A stretch of DNA of 64,000 bases from Lama guanicoe (GCA_013239625.1 MU054323.1:10943186-11007185), one strand, 5' to 3'; positions 13,095 through 27,157 are shown, counted from the first letter of the stretch. Made by a program: numbers and translations. Notes: generated by a model not told the origin, from the letters alone.

Positions 13095-13280
13095 TTTTAA
13101 CATGGTAGAAAGAGCTCTAGGCCTGAATTTACCAGATCTGAGTTCCAGTTCTGGCTCAGTCACACCTGACGTTGGGGGAACCAGAAAACCTCTATGAGTC
13201 TCCTTTTCCTGATATATCAAATAGGGTAATATACTCATAATGGGAGTGTTGTGGCATCAGATGAGCTCATGTGTGTAGGT
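13095..13280 (+). mobile_element. MIR SINE
   Basis: TGGTAGAAAGAGC...CTGAGTTCCAGTTCTGGCTC...GTTGTGGCATCAGATGAG. Confidence 0.6.
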
Positions 13281-15961
13281 GCTGCCACCAACACTACCAC
13301 TTATGGACAACTGCTACAGACTCAGGGAGGAAGGCACCATATCTGAGAATTTGTTCAGGCCAAATTATTATTTTAAAAGATTATTAAATTACTGTTAAAT
13401 CATTATTAAATTATTAATATTATAATTTAATATTATTTTAAAAGAAGTATTTCCAGGGTCTTTGGTTGTCTTTCTCTTTAGCGCAACAGACCTGGGACAC
13501 ATGAGAAGATGAATAAAGAACAACCGACACAGCACTCTCTCTGCTCCTGGTAGCACAATCTATGCAGATGATATTGCAGAAAAGATAATGTTTCTTTTTC
13601 CTTTATATCACCGTCTCAGAGAAATATTGTGTGCCTTTGTGAGATGTCTGTGTGTGTGAGTGTTCATGTGTGCATGTGCACGCAGGTTTGAGGACCAAAA
13701 ATAAAGAAAACCATCACAATGACAGAGGGATCCCCAGCGGGCAACAGACCTTGGAATGCCAAAGCCTACCCTAGGCTATCCACTCAAGTACCTCCTTCCT
13801 ATACCCTTTACATTGTTAGGTATGAAGTCCCTGGGTTGAGGTGTAGTGAGAAAAGTAGATTCTGAGATGACATCAACCTCTGTAACAGAGGGTATGAGTT
13901 TTAATTTTTTAAAAGGTGGAGGTCTTGCATGTTAGATAATGGAAGAACCCTCCCAGAAAGAAAGAGGTAAAGAAGAAGCTTCTAGGAGTTTCTAGGCTAG
14001 GAGGCAAGGCTAGGTATCAGGGTGTCCCTGTGAAGAGTTTAATTATTTGGGTTTTTCTCCCCTTGGACTATAAGAAAAAGTCAAAATAAGCATTGGTTCA
14101 CCTTTTTTTCCTCCAATTCTATAATTATCTTATTTCCCCCAGCTATTCAACCCTGTATGGAGGTGGGATGGGAGATGGAAGATGCAGGGCAGTGTAGAGA
14201 TGTGTGGCCTTTCCCAATTCTCCCCTCTGCTGAGGCCCACAGGGCTATCCCAGTATCACTGTGTGTGGAGTGGCAGTCCCTGAGTTCCAGGTGGTGACAG
14301 CAGACAGGTGAGGGGAACCCATGATGGAACTGTAAGGGGTAGAGGTACTCACATCACAGAGAAGTGGATGCCAATGGACAAATCAGAAGTGGCTGTGAGT
14401 CAAATCTTCTTCTCCCAAGACACTGGGAAGATGACCCTTGAATGGGTAGAGCCTGACAGGTGACTGGCATATGATAATGGTCTCTGTGGACTACTAAGCC
14501 CACTCTGGTAAGAAAGATGATCAGAGTTGCAAGGTTGTCCTCTCTGTGGCTCCTACTCCTCCCTAGGATTCCTGTGGTACAACCTAATCATCACAGAGCA
14601 GCCACCTGCTCCTAGCACCCATCTATAGTCCCTGCACCCAAAGGCTCTAAATGATGATCTTCTGGTCCCCAGTAGGAAGGAGGAAACTTGACACTCTGTG
14701 ATGACGTAGGTAACTTCCAAAATTTTCCCATACCAGTGACTGGGTATGGCCAGAGAACTTCTGAGCACTCAGCTATTCCTATCCCAAGTGACCTTGCTAT
14801 TTCCCACTGCATGAAACAACAGCAGACATGAATTATAGTAAAAACTCCTATTCCTTGGCTCCCCAATGCCACAAGGCCCTCTTGGGAACAATAAACTGTG
14901 TGCTGATCTAAGACAATCACTGTACTCCCTCTTGATTAACCTCTTTAAAAATCAAGCCACTATTCCCCAGAGTAGAAAGCCTTTCCTCAGAGAACAGCCA
15001 TAAGCTGTCTCCAATGCCTCCCCGTGATAACATCTTCAGCTTTACAACCTGAATAAGGTCCCCACAGTGTCAGAGCAGCCATTCTTAGGGAATTTTCCAT
15101 CTTGCAGAGGTATCACCTCTAGGACTTAGGTGAGGTCACAGAGCTAAGGCAAGGCTCTCACCCCTAGACCATAAGGGGGAGGTCTCATCTTTCAAAGGAG
15201 GTCCCAATAGATGATCTCTGGAGCTTATAAATCAAGTAATGGCAACACGTATTATTTAGAGGTATTGTAATAACCTCCAGGAGAACTAAAATCAGAGACA
15301 GTCACATGCATGGTTATCCTCAGGGAGTATTATTTGATAGGAGAATAGGTGGAAAGCAGGATACTGTTTTTTATTTTCAGCACTTGTATATTATTCAGTT
15401 TTTAACTACATGTATTAATTTAATTTTAGACTTATTCAAACAAAAAGAAAAGCAATAAAGGAGGATACAAACATGACAAAACACAATGAAAGGAAATGAT
15501 AAAAATATAATTTTGTGTGAATTATAGATTCAGAGAATCCTTAGAGCAAGAGAAGACAAAAATCTAAAGATTCCAATCTCTTTCAGTTCACCCTCAACTC
15601 TCTACTTATTTACAAATGAGAAAAGCAGGCTCAGAGGAAGAGAAATTACTTGCCTAAGGTCTCACAGGTAATTGATTTCTACAATAATCTTATTTCAACA
15701 ACGCAGTCCTGGAGCAGTAGTAGAAACGGGGAGGCAGAGCAGGGAAGAACAAGGTCCAAAATCCAATCTGTCATTGTGTCCTGAGGGTCACATGGATTGT
15801 ATTAGCAGAACTAACTGCTGCTCTTGCAACTCCAGCCTCTGGTTACAGGGTTTGATATGAGTGGTGAGATGTTGCCTTGGGGCATCCAGGGTATAGAAGC
15901 TGGGCCCACTGGCTGATAAGGAGAGAAGTGCAAGAGGAAGCTTTATATCTGATTTAAAACG

Positions 15962-16965
15962 CCAGACACAAATGAACTTATCCACAAAACAGAAACAGAC
16001 TCACAGACATAGAGAACAAAATTATGATTACCAGAGGGTAAAGAGGATGAGAAGGAATAAATTGAGAATCCAAAAATTGCACCTCTTGGGGAGTGATGGA
16101 AATGCTAGCTATCTTGATGTGGTACTGATTTCATCAAATTGTACATCTGACATATAAATGGCCAAAAGGCACATGAAAAAATGCTCAATATCACTAATTA
16201 TAAGAGAAATGTAAATCAAAACTACAATGAGGTATCACCTCACACCAGTCAGAATAGCCATCATTCAAAAAGTCCATGAATGATAAATGCTGGAGAGGGT
16301 GTGGAGAAAAGGGAACCCTCCTACACTGCTGGTGGGAATGTAGTTTGGTGCAGCCATTATGGAAATCAGTATGGAGATTCCTCAATTCCTCAAAAAAAAT
16401 AGACTTAACATATGATCCAGCAATCCCACTTCTGGGTATATATCCGGAAGGAACTCTAATTTGAAAAGATAACATGCACCCCAATGTTCATAGCAGCACT
16501 ATATACAATAGCCAAGACATGGAAGCAACTTAAATGTCCATCAACAGATGACTGGATAAAGAAAATGTGGTATATTTATACAACAGGCTACTACTCAGCC
16601 ATAAAAAAGAATAAAATAATGCAACTTGCAGCAACATGATGGACCTAGAGGTCATCATTCTAAGTGAAGTAAGCCAGAAAGAGAAACAGAAATACTATAT
16701 TGTATCACTCATAGCAGAACCTAAAAAATAAAATTAAATAAATAAAGGACACTATGAAACAGACTCGCAGACATAGTAAATAATCTTATGGTTACGGGGG
16801 AAAGAGGGTTGAGAAGGGATAAATTTGGGAGTGTGAGATTTACAAATGTTAGCCACTATATATAAAAATAGATTTAAAAATTGTACATCTGAAATATGTA
16901 TAGTTTACTGCACAGGAATCATACCAAAATAACAGTATTTAAGAAATTAAAAATTAAAAAATAAA
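15962..16965 (+). mobile_element. L1 3' end (same composite-tail family as 7218-7805), split by a nested L1
   Basis: 15962-16150 plus 16893-16965 align colinearly with about 7545-7805. Confidence 0.85.
16151..16877 (+). mobile_element. Nested L1 fragment (ORF2 C-terminus with CCHC motif, truncated 3' UTR)
   Basis: Translates to [19 protein letters not shown]; perfect TSD AAATTGTACATCTGA at 16136-16150 and 16878-16892. Confidence 0.9.
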
Positions 16966-16969
16966 AGAC

Positions 16970-17165
16970 CTAGTTTTGGCAATACTCTGATTCTGTGATC
17001 TTGGGGAAACCACTTAATGTCTCTGTGCCTCATTCTCCTGACCTGTAAAAGGTGGATAAAGAATAATGTTCACGTCATAGACATGTCACAAGGAATAAAT
17101 AAGTTAATACATTTTCAGCACTTAGAACAGTACATAGCACACATTAAGTGTCATATAACTGCTAA
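16970..17165 (+). mobile_element. MIR SINE
   Basis: TGTGATCTTGGGGAAACCACTTAATGTCTCTGTGCCTCA...CTGTAAAAGG core. Confidence 0.75.
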
Positions 17166-17909
17166 TCTTCCTGTCCTTGTACTCCAAATCCCTAAATTTT
17201 TATTTTAACAAATACATGTAAGCAGAGAAGATTCTAGTGTGTCTAAAGTTGTGAGGCATACCAGGGGGAAAAAGTAGGTAGGAAGACTTGTTTATACCTA
17301 AGAGTCCAGTGTATCCTGACACTCCCTGGGAAGACAATGCAAGACCAACATGGGAAACTGATGGGTCATCATGCCAGAAAGCACAGGAGGCTGTCTCAGG
17401 TGCCATTCCAGGAAACACCTGATGACACCAGCTGAGAGATCATCCAGCTATCTGGAAAGAGACCAGAATGCCCCAGGGTCACAGGGGAGAAGGCTGTCAC
17501 TAAAAATGAATGCAGAACCAAGAATTACTAAATGTTAGATGAAGGTGAACGTAAGAGGTAACTCACCAACAATGCAAAGAAGTTTCATGTGGGGGAAATA
17601 TTAATAGAAAAAAAATTTAAAGAGCTTTTCAAAGGTACAGTTAAAATCCTCCTAAAAATTAAATATAAAATGTTATCAATAAAATAGGAATAAGAGATTT
17701 TTAAATGGGTAATTCCTTCAAAGAACCAACTAGAGATTTTGAAATTAACAATATAATTATTCAGTAGCAGAGTATACATAACCGAAGAGAACATTAGAGA
17801 ACTAGAAAATAAATTTGTAGCAATTATCCAGAATTCAGAACAGAGGGATAAAGAACAGAAAATATAAAATAAGAATATGGTAGATTAAAAGGTATAAGAA
17901 ACAGAAATC

Positions 17910-18545
17910 TCCCTATAATACTGTTATTAATTACAAATTAATCAATAAGTTAATTTTTATTAATTATGAGGAGAAAAGAGTGATTTTTACATTGGATAAA
18001 CCTGGCAGGAAGCATCCTGTGTGACTGAAGTTAACATTACCAGTAATAAGACAAATCAACACCATTTCCCCCAGATATGTGCACTAAGAAGGGCATATCA
18101 CTTCTGTGGTATTCTTAATGAAGATGCTTAACTTCCGTCTACTCAAGAGAAAACATCAGACAAGCCAAAACTGAGAGACACTTTACAAAATAATGGGCAT
18201 GGATGCTTCCAAGGTGCCAAGGTCATGAAAGGCAAGAAAAATCCAAGGAACCGTCAGACTGAAGGAGTTAGGGAGATGTACCAATTCAATGTGGAATCCT
18301 GGATTAGATCCTGGACCAAAAAAAGAGCATTAGTGGGAAAATTGATGAAATTCAAATAAGTACTGTAGATTAGTTAATAGTCTCACATCAGTGTCAATTT
18401 ACTGGTTTTGAGAATTGTGGTATGGCTATGGTAAGATGTTAACATTTAGAGAAAGCAGGATGAAGAGTATATTAATATTCTATGTACTATTTTTTGTAAC
18501 TTCTGTACATCCAAAATTATATCAAAATTAAAAGGCTTTTAAAAA
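17910..18545 (+). mobile_element. L1MC-type 3' UTR fragment
   Basis: AAGTTAACATTACCAGTAAT...ATCCTGGATTAGATCCTGGACCA...GTAAGATGTTAACATT. Confidence 0.7.
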
Positions 18546-18859
18546 TCACTTAGAACAGTGCCTAATACAAAGTAAGTACATCAATATATGCTTGTTGCTA
18601 TTATGGCTATTTTTGGAAGTCACATTTGAGAGTATTCTCTACATCCATGGTTCCTAATCTGTGGGCTAATTTCCTGAAAATCCACCTGTTTTTCAAGTAC
18701 TGTCTTTAAATAGAATGTCTTCTGTATTTGTGTATTGCTATTTTTCAAAATAATATAAAGTGCATTTGTAGACTAATAAAAACCACACTCATTCAAAATA
18801 CAGCATTTGATACAAGTCAGTAGCTATTTTATTATTCTGAAAACTTTTGGCAAATGAGA

Positions 18860-21070
18860 AATAGATGTTGAAGTCCTTAATTTGGTGAAGACACTGATCA
18901 ATATCATGCACGATAAGAATGTTGACTGTCACTGATATTATTCAAAAATGCCAATAAAGAAGTATTAGAAAAGAAAGAAATTAAAGTTATTAAAAATTAG
19001 AAAGAAAATAAAACTATTATCCACAGACAGGGTTATATATCTAGAAAATTGAAGAAAATCAACTTAAAACAAATTGAAATTCATTAGTTTAGCTAAGTGT
19101 CCAAATCACTATACAAAAATTGATGACTTTTCTATAAACTAGGATTCATCAATTGAAAATATTTTAGGAAAGTGATCTTATTCATAATAGAAACAAAAGC
19201 TAACTATAAATAAATCTAACAAAAATACACAAAATCTTTTTTGAGAAAAAAATAAAACTTTACTCAAAGACAGTTTCTAAAAGACATGAATAGATAGAGA
19301 CCATTCATGTTTATGGATGGAGAGATTTAATACTGTATTTCATCCCTCCTCAAAACAATGTATATATTCAGTTCAATCTCAATCAGAATCTCAATGTGAC
19401 TGTATCATTCAGGGTCCTAGCAAGAGACTAATAGCACACTTAGATTAGGATGATTCCAGAAGGTTTCAATAAGCGGGCTATTTACACACCTGCTATTTAC
19501 ACAGTATAGATAAGGTTTAGGGAAATCATGAGGAAAAGTGCCATCCCTAACCTAGAACAAGCAACAATGGGGCTATTACTACCCCCAGGCCTAAAGAGGC
19601 AAAGAGCAATGAACAGAATCCAGAAGCTGGGAAAGGAAGATTATCTCAAATCCAAAATCTAGAAGGAAGGAGTTGGGAGAAGAGAGCAGCCTGGGAAGAC
19701 CTTCTATAACAGGACACGGCCAGCCCAAAGCAACCCTGCAGGAAGAGAGTCAGAAGAATAAACATCCCAACCCTATCCTGCTCACTCCCTCCATCTGTTA
19801 CTGGAGATCTTCCATTGGCCAAACCCACCTAGAAGCCCAAGTGCAGGAGTGCCCCTTGAGGTAGTCCATATATTTCAAACAGCTTCCAAGAGTAGGGGGC
19901 ACAGTGAAAAAGGGTAGACAGTAGATATGGAGAAGTAAATAAAACCCATCTGTGATTATAAGGAAGAGATCAATAGGACACATGGAGAATCAGAAACAGA
20001 CCTCTGTATATATGGCAATTTGATAAATGATAGAACAATTCTAAGAAGAGGAAAGATGGATTACTGAAAAAATGGTATTAGAGCAGGAGACTCACTCTTA
20101 GGCAAGGGAGAACAGTTAGATACCTATGTCATATTGTAATAAAAACAGCTTCTAAATAAATACCTAAATATAAAAGAGAAAGCTGTAAAAGAAGCAGAAG
20201 AAAATACAGGATAATGTTTTGATGTCCTTGGGTGAAAGGATGCCAAAAGTAAAAATCATAAAGATAAATAAATCTGACTCTTCCAAATTCTATATACTAA
20301 AATATAACATTAAATAACTACAAGAAACTGAGACAAAGTATTTGCAAATATTTTCAAAGGACTAGTATCTGGGATATTCAAAGACTCTGAGAAATCAATA
20401 AGAAAGGACAAACAGCCTAGTTAAAAAACAGCCTGGGGATATGAACAAATAGTTCATAGAAGATTTACAAATGAGAAATAAATTTAAAATGTGCAACCTT
20501 GTTAACAGACATGATAATACAAACTTAAATGATACTATTCTTCACTCATCAGATGATCCAAATGTTAAGTAGTATAATATCAGGTGAGGACAAGAATACA
20601 GGGAAACAGGTACTCTCTTGTATAACCACTAGGAATGAAAATCAATACAACTACATTGAAGGTCAATTGACAGTATCTATTAAAACTAAAAACATGTCTC
20701 TCTGCTGATTCTTCTTATGCCATTATTTGTCCCAGACATTATTTGTTAGATTTGTTTTTCTAAGAAACACAGAACTCTTACCAAAAAAGAAGCAAGTGCA
20801 AAGATATCCCTCCTGGCACTGCTGTATAAGCAAAACCTAGAAAACAAACAAACCTAATCGCATATACACCTTTCAATGAGAGAATGATAAGATAACTAGT
20901 AATACATTCATATTGGAATACTATTTAGTTAAAATGAATGATCTAGGTCTGTATGTGACAACATGGATAGATTCTCAGATGTTGCTGAGTTTAAAAAGAG
21001 TACGTTAAAGAATAACAAAAATAATACATCATAAAATATGCACACAAGGAAAATGTTTGTGGATAATAAA
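18860..21070 (+). mobile_element. Highly decayed L1ME-type ORF2/3' fragments
   Basis: A-rich with degenerate ORF2 landmarks (CATGTTTATGGATGGAGAGATTTAATA; ACAACATGGATAGATTCTCA); interrupted by an LTR. Confidence 0.6.
19400..19955 (-). mobile_element. LTR33-like solo LTR inserted in L1
   Basis: CTCCATTGGCCAAACCCA...AAATAAACATCCCAACC and similarity to 38830-39240. Confidence 0.55.
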
Positions 21071-21189
21071 AAACAAACCTAAAATGACATATCACACTGT
21101 TCTGGTCAATAAGAGACAAGCTGAAGTCAGCTGGGGAAGTCAAGAAAAGTTTGTAATTTCCTATCATTGGCCCCATCACTTCCTATTGA

Positions 21190-21430
21190 CTCTTCCCGTT
21201 TCCTACGTGCTAGCTTCATGCTAAATGTATTAATATGAATTTTTCTTTGTATCCTTACAACAATAGTAGGTATTTATCATTGCACCCATTGTACAGATGA
21301 GAAATCCAAGGTGAAGCAAGTTTAGGCAACTTGCTCAGATCACACAGTGAATGGGGAAAGCAATGGATTTAAAACCAGTGCCAGTTCTGTATGATCAGAA
21401 TCCATGTTTTAAATCACTATACTATGCTTC
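21190..21430 (-). mobile_element. MIR SINE
   Basis: CCCATTGTACAGATGAGAAAT...AACTTGCTCAGATCACACAG. Confidence 0.75.
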
Positions 21431-22544
21431 TCCCATAGCTCCCTGCTCACACCAAGCTTAGCACTTACCATACAATTGTAGTTTTTTCAAAAGAAGACAA
21501 ATGACTAGCATAATGCCTGGCATAGAATAGGGCTCAATCAATGTTTGTAGAGTGAGTAAATAAATTTCTGCACCTCCTTCCCCTACCCTTCATTTAGCTA
21601 ACTTCTGCTCAAAGTTTCAGTTTCAGTTTAGGTGTTGATTTCTTCCAGAAGCTTCCTTTAAACCTACAGGATGAGTTAGGACTCTTCTGTGCTCCCAAGG
21701 GACTTACACATAGAGCTATTCTTGTTCTTACCATAATGACTATAATGAGCTTTGTGATGCTTAAAAACAGTGACTGTATCCCATTCATCTCTGTCTCCAT
21801 AGTGCCTGGAAAAGTGCCAATCCCAAGTGCTCAATAAATGTTTGCTAAATGAGAGAATGAATACATGAATACAGGAATGAATAAATGATGAGAAGAGACA
21901 AGACCATCTTGTGGTGGTCATACCCAGGACCAGGCCTAGCTAAGAAGGTGACATGTAATTCTCAAAGACATAACTCTGTTTCCTCTTACCCCTTCACATT
22001 CAGAACATACTGCTTCCTATCAGTCCTCAAACACAAAACACTATCTTCCATATCTCCTGCCCTCTCTAGTTGTTGGGACATGGGGCTTTTTCTTGGTTGA
22101 GTAGTCCAGGCCTAAGAGATGAAGACTGATGGAGGAGAGATGGGAACTCCTTGATGGCTGACTACTCTTCAAGAGCATATCTCCACCACAAGAAAAGTCT
22201 TCCTTTCCCCAAACTCATTCCAAAAGGCACAAATCTGAGGATTGACTGAAATACTGGCATCCTCATGCAGGATACTGAGATGTGCAGGGGAAAATAAGAC
22301 CCACAGGAAGAAGGTCTGTGAAATGCTTCAGGCAGGCTCGTGACTAGACCTTATACTCCAGATAAGTTGGGAAACCTGAAGCCAGGCCAATCTGAAGCAA
22401 TACTGGGAGGCTAAGATGTTTGTTGGCAATGCTCATAGCTCCCTACGTCTGAAGCCTCTATCTCTTCCTCCGTTCTTCTCCTTCCTTCTTGTCTATGGTT
22501 GGTATGTCTGAACAGGGTTATTATACTCTCCATATGAAATCTGA

Positions 22545-23520
22545 CACATTCACTCACTCTCTTAAGGGCCTGCTTTGTGCACCAGGCAGTGAAGTCAGCT
22601 TCTTCCCCACTATCAACACCCTGCCCTTTACAGAGCCCACAGCCCAATGGGGAAATAAGACAAGACACAAGTAATCAGCCTGGAAGCACAAAATAAGCAG
22701 ACTGTAAGGTCAAAGACAAACATAAACAACACGATGACACAGAAAATGATGTCATGGAGTACCTGCTTACACCAGGATGGTCAGAGAAGGATCTTTGAAG
22801 ATCATGATGTTTAAGCTGAAATCTGAAGGATGAAAAGGAGCCAGCAACACCAAGACAGTAGAAGAACATACATTCAAGTAGAGGAAACAACACATACAAA
22901 GGTGTGACAATGTTTGTTGTGCTCCAGAAATCAAAAGTAAGTATGTAGCTGTAGCTTGTGGGCTGCATGGAAACATGGTATGAGAGGAGGCTAGAGGGGT
23001 GGCAGAGCCAGGCCCTACAGGGCCTCATGAGCCACAGTGAGAAATGCGGATGGGGAGTTTCTAAAGGATTTTCAGTATGGGAAAGACTGTTTGCTTTCCA
23101 TTTTAAGAGCATCATCTGGTTGCTGTGGAATAAAATAGATCATGTATTACTCAGAAGATAGATGATGGTGGTGGCCTAGACTGGAGAAGGGGTCATGGAG
23201 ATAGGGAAACAGATAGATTTTATATATAATATGGCTTTAGACATAATTCATGTGTGGCATCTGAGACATGCAAGTCAAGTGTCAGGTAGACAGCTGGAGC
23301 TTAGAGGAGAGATCCACACTGAAGGTATAATTTGGGAGTTATCAGCATATTGATGGGGTTTCAGTTGAAGGAACATACCCCAGGGAGAGAGAGCCTAGGG
23401 CAAAGCCCTGAGAATACCAATATTAAGAAGTCAGGAGGAGGAAGAGCTTGTGAAGGGGATTGAGAAGGACAGCCAGGGAGATAGGAAGGAATTCAGGAGA
23501 CTCTCATACCACAGACAACA
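22545..23520 (-). mobile_element. L2 LINE fragment
   Basis: L2 3' end at left; AAGCTGAAATCTGAAGGATGA, AGGTAGACAGCTGGAGCTTAGAGGAGAG, AGAGCCTAGGGCAAAGCCCTGAG. Confidence 0.7.
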
Positions 23521-24624
23521 AGATTAAGAAGTCTGAAGTACAAACTAACTAGGCTTAAGACTAACAAGGCTTAATATTTCTGCTCTTGTGATAGCTGGAA
23601 CAAAAGAGGTCCTGAATAAATGTTAGTTTTCTTTCTTCCCCTAGTCACACAAGGATGCTTAGGGAAGGGGGAACAACAATCATGAAAGTACACATGTAAA
23701 GCCACATATATGTTGTTTATAAGTAAAATTTCTCTTGCTGGATGAGTCCTTAGAAATCATCCAGTGCCCTGCCTTATACAATCAAGCCAACCTCATGAGA
23801 TCAATAATGAGCATCGCATGATAAAGTCATTCAGTGCTAATCACCAGTCGCTCTAGAGGTGGGACCTGCCATCTGTGCCCTAACAAGCCCTCCAGGTGAG
23901 TCTGCTGCATGCTCCAGTTTGAAAACCATTGTATCATAAGAGTCTTCTGGCCTGTTACTCCATTCCTAGCTAACTGGTAATGGGCACCCTGGAATAAATA
24001 AATCAAACCTGGTGTTGATAATCAGGCACAGCCTGGCAAGTCTTGTCAGCCAACCGAGAGAGAACAAAGGGAGCCATGCTAGGATTTAACCTAGGGCCTC
24101 TAGAGGGACCCTGGAGGTAGGAGAACAGCCACAGACCCTGACTCAGTTGGACCATAGCCCCTGGGTTGTATCCCCTTCTCAAGGATTCTCTGTCTCAGTA
24201 ATGCTGCTATCCTGAGGATTATGGTCAAATGCAAATACATTAAATTGTAAATCACCTTCCCCACCTGGGCCAAGAGAAGCCCTGGAAGAATTCATCAAAG
24301 TCTGGTGGCACCTGTACCTATCATTGTTGCACTCCTCACTCAAGTTAGGGTGCAGAATACAAATTATTCACCCCCAATATGGCCACTCCATAACAAGCTC
24401 CTCTAGGGTTAGCTCCTAGTGGAAAGTAGGAAAAAGTGAGGCAGCTACTTACAACTATTTCCAAGAACAGTAAGGATGCTGGGCTGGAAGCCTTGTCCTA
24501 TGTCTGCCACTAACTCACTGCATGTCCACAAGCAAAGTGCTTCCATTCTAGCTCCCATCTACTTAACTGGGAAATAAATTGTTTCCGGTGCCGCTCAAAC
24601 TTCAGCATGCAAAAAGTTACCTCA

Positions 24625-24739
24625 TAAAGGAACCAACCATCCCAGTGTTCCCATGACTGAGGTAGGCCCTGGGACATCAGAGTTTCAGTGCTAAAACCAG
24701 AAAAGTCCCAGGCAAACCAGGATGAGTTGGTTACCACTA
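24625..24739. mobile_element. MER81-like hAT-Blackjack MITE nested in a MER5A-like element (~24585-24815)
   Basis: 115 bp with imperfect inverted ends (ACCAAC...GTTGGT) and internal TTTCAGTGCTAAAACCAGAAAAGTCCCAGGCAAACCAGGA. Confidence 0.65.
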
Positions 24740-24834
24740 TATCTGGTGAGCTTGTTAAAACAGTACAGGGCCCCACCTCAGAGAATTATGTTTCTAATAA
24801 GCTTCCTGAATGCACAGTTACAGACTAGATGGTG

Positions 24835-25007
24835 TGGTGGCTCCTAAATGCCTTTCTACAGATCAGCTACATTAGACATACTTGAAGAGCTTTTTAAAAA
24901 TAGATTCCAGGGTTCCAACACCAGAAATTCTTAGTCAGTGGGGCTGGATCTGGTTATTTTTTTAAAAAGTTCCTGGATGATGCCGTGCAGAGACTGAGAA
25001 CCACCGA
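24835..25007. mobile_element. MER5-family hAT-Charlie MITE
   Basis: GAGCTTTTTAAAAATAGATTCCAGGG...TGAGAACCACCG terminus. Confidence 0.6.
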
Positions 25008-26217
25008 ACTAGATCTCTCAGGTTCCTTGCAATTCAAACTATTCCATTACATTTTAGGGTCTATATCAATCCCCATTTAGTAAAAGCTCTCCAAAAGTTG
25101 AAGGACAGCCCCCATGTCACTTTCTCTGTGCTTAGATCAGTCATGCCTGTCATCAGGCATTTTCAGTTTTGCTGTGAGCAAATGCATCTGTTAGAAACAG
25201 CACAGGGGTCCCTGGGAGACAGGAGTGCACATTCAGAGTGGGCGAACACAGGCACTTACTAACAGATGCAGCTCTCACTTGCCCTGGGGAGACTCAAGTC
25301 TGCGTCAAGGAGCTCCAGCGAGCTGCCCGGATATGAGCCAGTCACTAGGGCCTTATCGGGTATGAGTGTGCCCTAATCTGCGTGTGTCATGCCAGGTGAA
25401 GTCAGACACAGGGAGAGAGGGAGCAATCAGTGTTTCCTATACTCAAGGCTTGGCAATCAGGCTGGCAGTCATGACCCAGCAGACTACAAACAATCTGCAG
25501 TGCGATGTAACTGAAAAGTCTGACCAGGAGTGCAGAGTGATGTCCACCCCAGCTCCAAAGCAGTGACAGCCCAGACCCTACAGCTGCAGCTGAGGCTGTG
25601 GGCTCTAAACGGGGCAGATGCTACCCACCTCCTGGCCCTGGCTCAGCCTGAGCTACGGCAGTCTTTTCTTAGATAAAGAATCTCAAATCAGGAATTCTGA
25701 AACGTTTGATCTAGAAAAGACCCCAGAGATCATCCAATCCTTTCTCCAACTGTACAGAAGAGTAAACGAAGCCCCTCAGATACTAGCAGGTTCCCCCTAC
25801 ACCACAGTGTCTGGCAAAGCCAGAGTCAAGTCCAACCTGGTGCTTTCCCTAGCATCTTGATGGTTTCCTGCTTCTTTAAGCCAAACCATTTTATCGAGTA
25901 ACCCTGGCTGCAGAGAGAGGTAGAGTTTGTAGAGAGGTATTAGTGAGAAAAGAGGCTTGGCTGCTATTCAGTGCTATGCCCACTTGCCTCCTCCATGCTT
26001 AACCCTCTACTAGAGATAAGCAGAGACACTAGCCAGGAAAGAATACTTATTGCTTCTCAGAGGAGAGAAGAAAATGCTCCACAAACACGTATTTTCAAAT
26101 AGTACTCTCCAAAGCAAACAAGCTTCATATGGAAAAAGGTCCCTATTTTCCTCATACCAGACCATGTTGACTTTATAGTTTCTTTGTTGTTGTTCTTCTT
26201 CTTTAATAGTTATTTGA

Positions 26218-27157
26218 GGTGTGGACAAGATGCCAGAGTAGGAATATCCTGAACTCACCTCCTCCCACAGGCACACCAAAATTACAACTATTAATGAGAA
26301 GAGATCTGAAGACTAGCAGAAAATATTTCTACAACTAAAGATATAAAGAAGGACCCACAATGAGACGGGTAGGAAGGGCAGAGATGCAGTGTAGTTGTCG
26401 AGATCCATACTTGTGGGTAAGCAATCCACAAACAGGAAAATAATCACAATTGCAGAGGTTCCCCCTAAGTGTTAAGGAGTACAGGCTCCACATTGGACTC
26501 CCCAGCCTGGGGATCCTGCACTGGGAAGACAACACCCCAGAAGGTGTGGCTTTGAAGGCCAGCAGGACTTGTATACAGCAGAGCCAAACAGCTGTACAAA
26601 AAAAGAGACTCCGCTCTTAAAGGGTACACACAAAAATCTCACATACTCCAGGACCCAGAACAGAGGCGGTGACTTGAAAGAAGCCTAAATCAGACCGACT
26701 TGCTGATCTTGAAGCCTCCCAGAGAAGCAGAAAACAACTGGGACTCCCCCAAGGAACATAAATCAGGTGCCAGCCATTTGGGGGAGCCCATTTCTACCAC
26801 AAGGAAACTGGTGCTCACAAGCACTATTTTGGAGTCCTCCCTGTAGCCTATGAATACCAAGGGCCTACCTGCCACCAGCCAGTAAGCACCAGTCCTGAGA
26901 TGCCCAAAGAAGATTAGCCAGCCACTCAGGGACCCAGCCCCACCTACCAGCAGGCCTGCGCCAGGCCCAGGGCCTCACAATGGGCCCTGTAGCCTGCTAC
27001 CCTAGGACAGAGAGCTCTGCCCACCAGCATGCCCAGGACCTGACCCACCCATAAATGGGCCTGCACCGGCCCCAGGCCTCTCCCAGTCCCCCAATCTAGC
27101 CATATTGAAACCTGGCCCTGCCCAGCTAGCAGCCTCCACGAGGCAGGGCCTGGCAGC
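26218..27157 (+). mobile_element. Isolated L1 5' UTR (promoter region) fragment
   Basis: Starts CAAGATGCCAGAGTAGGAATATCCTGAACTCACCTCCTCCCAC (decayed YY1 site AAGATGGCG); GC-richer, with ACCCAGCCCCACCTACCAG-type repeats typical of mammalian L1 5' ends. Confidence 0.7.

Noticed and set aside
13365..13445. AT-rich stretch bounded by a TATTATTTTAAAAGA direct repeat
   Set aside because: Low-complexity slippage product with no further structure.
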